DNA from: Anolis carolinensis
Lineage: Eukaryota
Reading direction: 5' to 3'
Assembly (NCBI RefSeq): GCF_035594765.1
Contig: NC_085843.1
Span: 193,665,971-193,729,970, forward strand
Length of the DNA stretch: 64,000 bases
The position numbers and the translations under genes were made by a program. Under the pieces are notes generated by a model. The model worked only from the letters and a program-made list of their open reading frames with translations, did not search any database and was not told the DNA's origin. Shown one piece after another: positions 62,356 to 64,000 of this stretch. The stretch's first letter is position 1, and every line of letters begins with the position of its first letter.

Positions 62356-62699
62356 GTGCGGTTTTCTGGCATTGTATATTTCTTCTGCTTATGTGACTGT
62401 TCATTTGTATTTTGATTCTGTAGCCCACTTGTTGATGGATATCCAGAACCAGCAGAATCCATCACGGTCCTTTTTATCCTGGGTGACGACCGAGGCAGAT
62501 AGACTTCATTTTGGTTTGTTTCTCCATAATGCTAATGGGTTAGGTGCTCTTAGTTCTACTCCTAAATTGAGACCTCTCTGGCTTGGTTGGACCTGCCGGT
62601 AGTTACACTACCACCAGCATAGCTCTCAGTATCCTTGGAGTAGTTAAGCCCCCCCACCACAGCAAGGTGGCATCCATCGAGACTACAAGCAGAGGGACA

Positions 62700-63297
62700 A
62701 CTATGTGGCCCAAATGATTCATTGGAACTTATGCCACAAGTACCACCTCCTAGCAGTAAAGAACTGGTGGGATCACAAACCTGCAAAGGTAATGGAAAAT
62801 GAACATGCAAAAATACTGTGGGACTTCCGAATCCAGACTGACAATGTTTTGGAACACAACACACCAGACCTCATGGTTGTGGAAAAGAAAAAAGTTTGGG
62901 TTATTGATGTCGCCATACCAGGTGATTATCGAATTGATGAAAAACAACAGGAAAAACTCAGCCATTATCAGGACCTCAAGATCGAACTGCAAAGGCTCTG
63001 GCATAAACCAGTACAGGTGGTCATGGTGGTAATCGGCACCCTGGGAGCCATGCCAAAAGATCTCAGCCGGCATTTGGAAACAATAAACATTGACAAAATT
63101 ATGATCTGTCAACTGCAAAAGGCCACCTTACTGGGATCTGCACGCATCATCCAAAAATACATCACATAGTCCTAAGCACTTGGGAAGTGATCAACTTATG
63201 ATATTGTATTACGAAATCCAGCATATATATCTTGTTTGGTGTGTCTTACTATCTATTTGTCAACAACAACAACAATAACAACAGCAATAATAATAAT
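62700..63297 (+). mobile_element. R4/Dong-like non-LTR retrotransposon 3' fragment with restriction-like endonuclease
   Basis: ORF 62705-63169 ILWDFRIQTD...NTPDL...IDVAIP...QEK...YQDL (PD-D-K type RLE); ends in (CAA/TAA)n. Confidence 0.85.
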
Positions 63298-63498
63298 TTT
63301 CATTTGAGTTTTTTTCACAGCTTTTGGTAATATTTGGGCTCTTTATGCAAAATACATTAGTAGAGAAGTCAAGCTTCACTTGAATCAGTAGGTCAATCTG
63401 ATAGTGTTGTCATTGCCTCCTGCCCCAGTTGTTCATTATTTCTGGCAGAAGGAGCTGAGTCTGAAGTAAAGGAAAGAAAATTGGAAATGATAGCTATA

Positions 63499-64000
63499 TC
63501 TATATATATAAAAGAGGGATAGCATCAGGGTAGCGGACAAAACAACAAAACTACAGGCCTCCAACCTTGAAATTTGACAACACAACCCATCATTCACAGC
63601 TCTAGGTTGATACAACAAAAAGAAAAGAAAAATAAAGTCCTAATTACAAGGAGAGGAATAATAGTTTTTATCCAATTGCTGCCAGTTAGAAGGCTAAGCT
63701 CCGCCCACTTGGTCTCGGGGGACAGGCACAGTTAGGCCTCACTTAGGCCTCTTCCACAGATTATCAGATTTTAACTGGATTATATGGCAGTGTAGACTCA
63801 AGGTCCTTCCACACAGCTATATCACCCATTTAGAGTCTTATATTATCTGCTTTGAACTGTATTATCTTGACTCCACACTGCCATATAATCCACTTCAGTG
63901 TGCATACTAAACACAAAGACTACCATACAACAGACATTCAATACCACCACTACCTCAACAATTTCTCACCAACACCACCAGACAACGCCACAGCAACGCG
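63499..64000 (+). mobile_element. Non-autonomous Helitron, 3' end just beyond the window
   Basis: A|TCTATATATATAAAAGAG 5' end matching 11509; window ends within the hairpin cgccacagcaacgcg. Confidence 0.85.

Overview
AT-rich, transposon-dense vertebrate DNA. The repeat content (CR1, RTE, L2, Sauria-type SINEs, Penelope, Helitrons, hAT/mariner/Harbinger MITEs) points to a squamate genome such as an Anolis-like lizard (inference). The main gene is on the minus strand: a DMBT1/CD163/SCART-like group B SRCR protein formed from three tandem genomic units of about 16-20 kb. Each unit has two 312-nt, 8-Cys, phase 1-1 SRCR exons of alternating types: type II (GRVE.YYEGAWGTVCGNNW) and type I (GR.E.TYFA.WRTV.CSE.W). 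They are joined by 18-63-nt phase 1-1 micro-exons encoding spacers and Ser/Thr-rich linkers, one of which is simply a (TCA)4(ACA)16 microsatellite. The 23 predicted exons from 47302 to 1013 join without a stop, and the gene runs off the left edge; its 5' end is not securely located. Notable intronic and intergenic structures: a Penelope-like inverted repeat with two minimal hammerhead motifs, interrupted by a young CR1; Helitrons whose cargo shows strand-specific G>C changes and a captured CpG-island or exon-like fragment; three solo LTRs, two with in-phase U3 ORFs; and a mosaic (gene-converted) SRCR exon with a duplicated decoy donor. There is one assembly gap (30044-30172). All calls come from manual reading, with no database searches.
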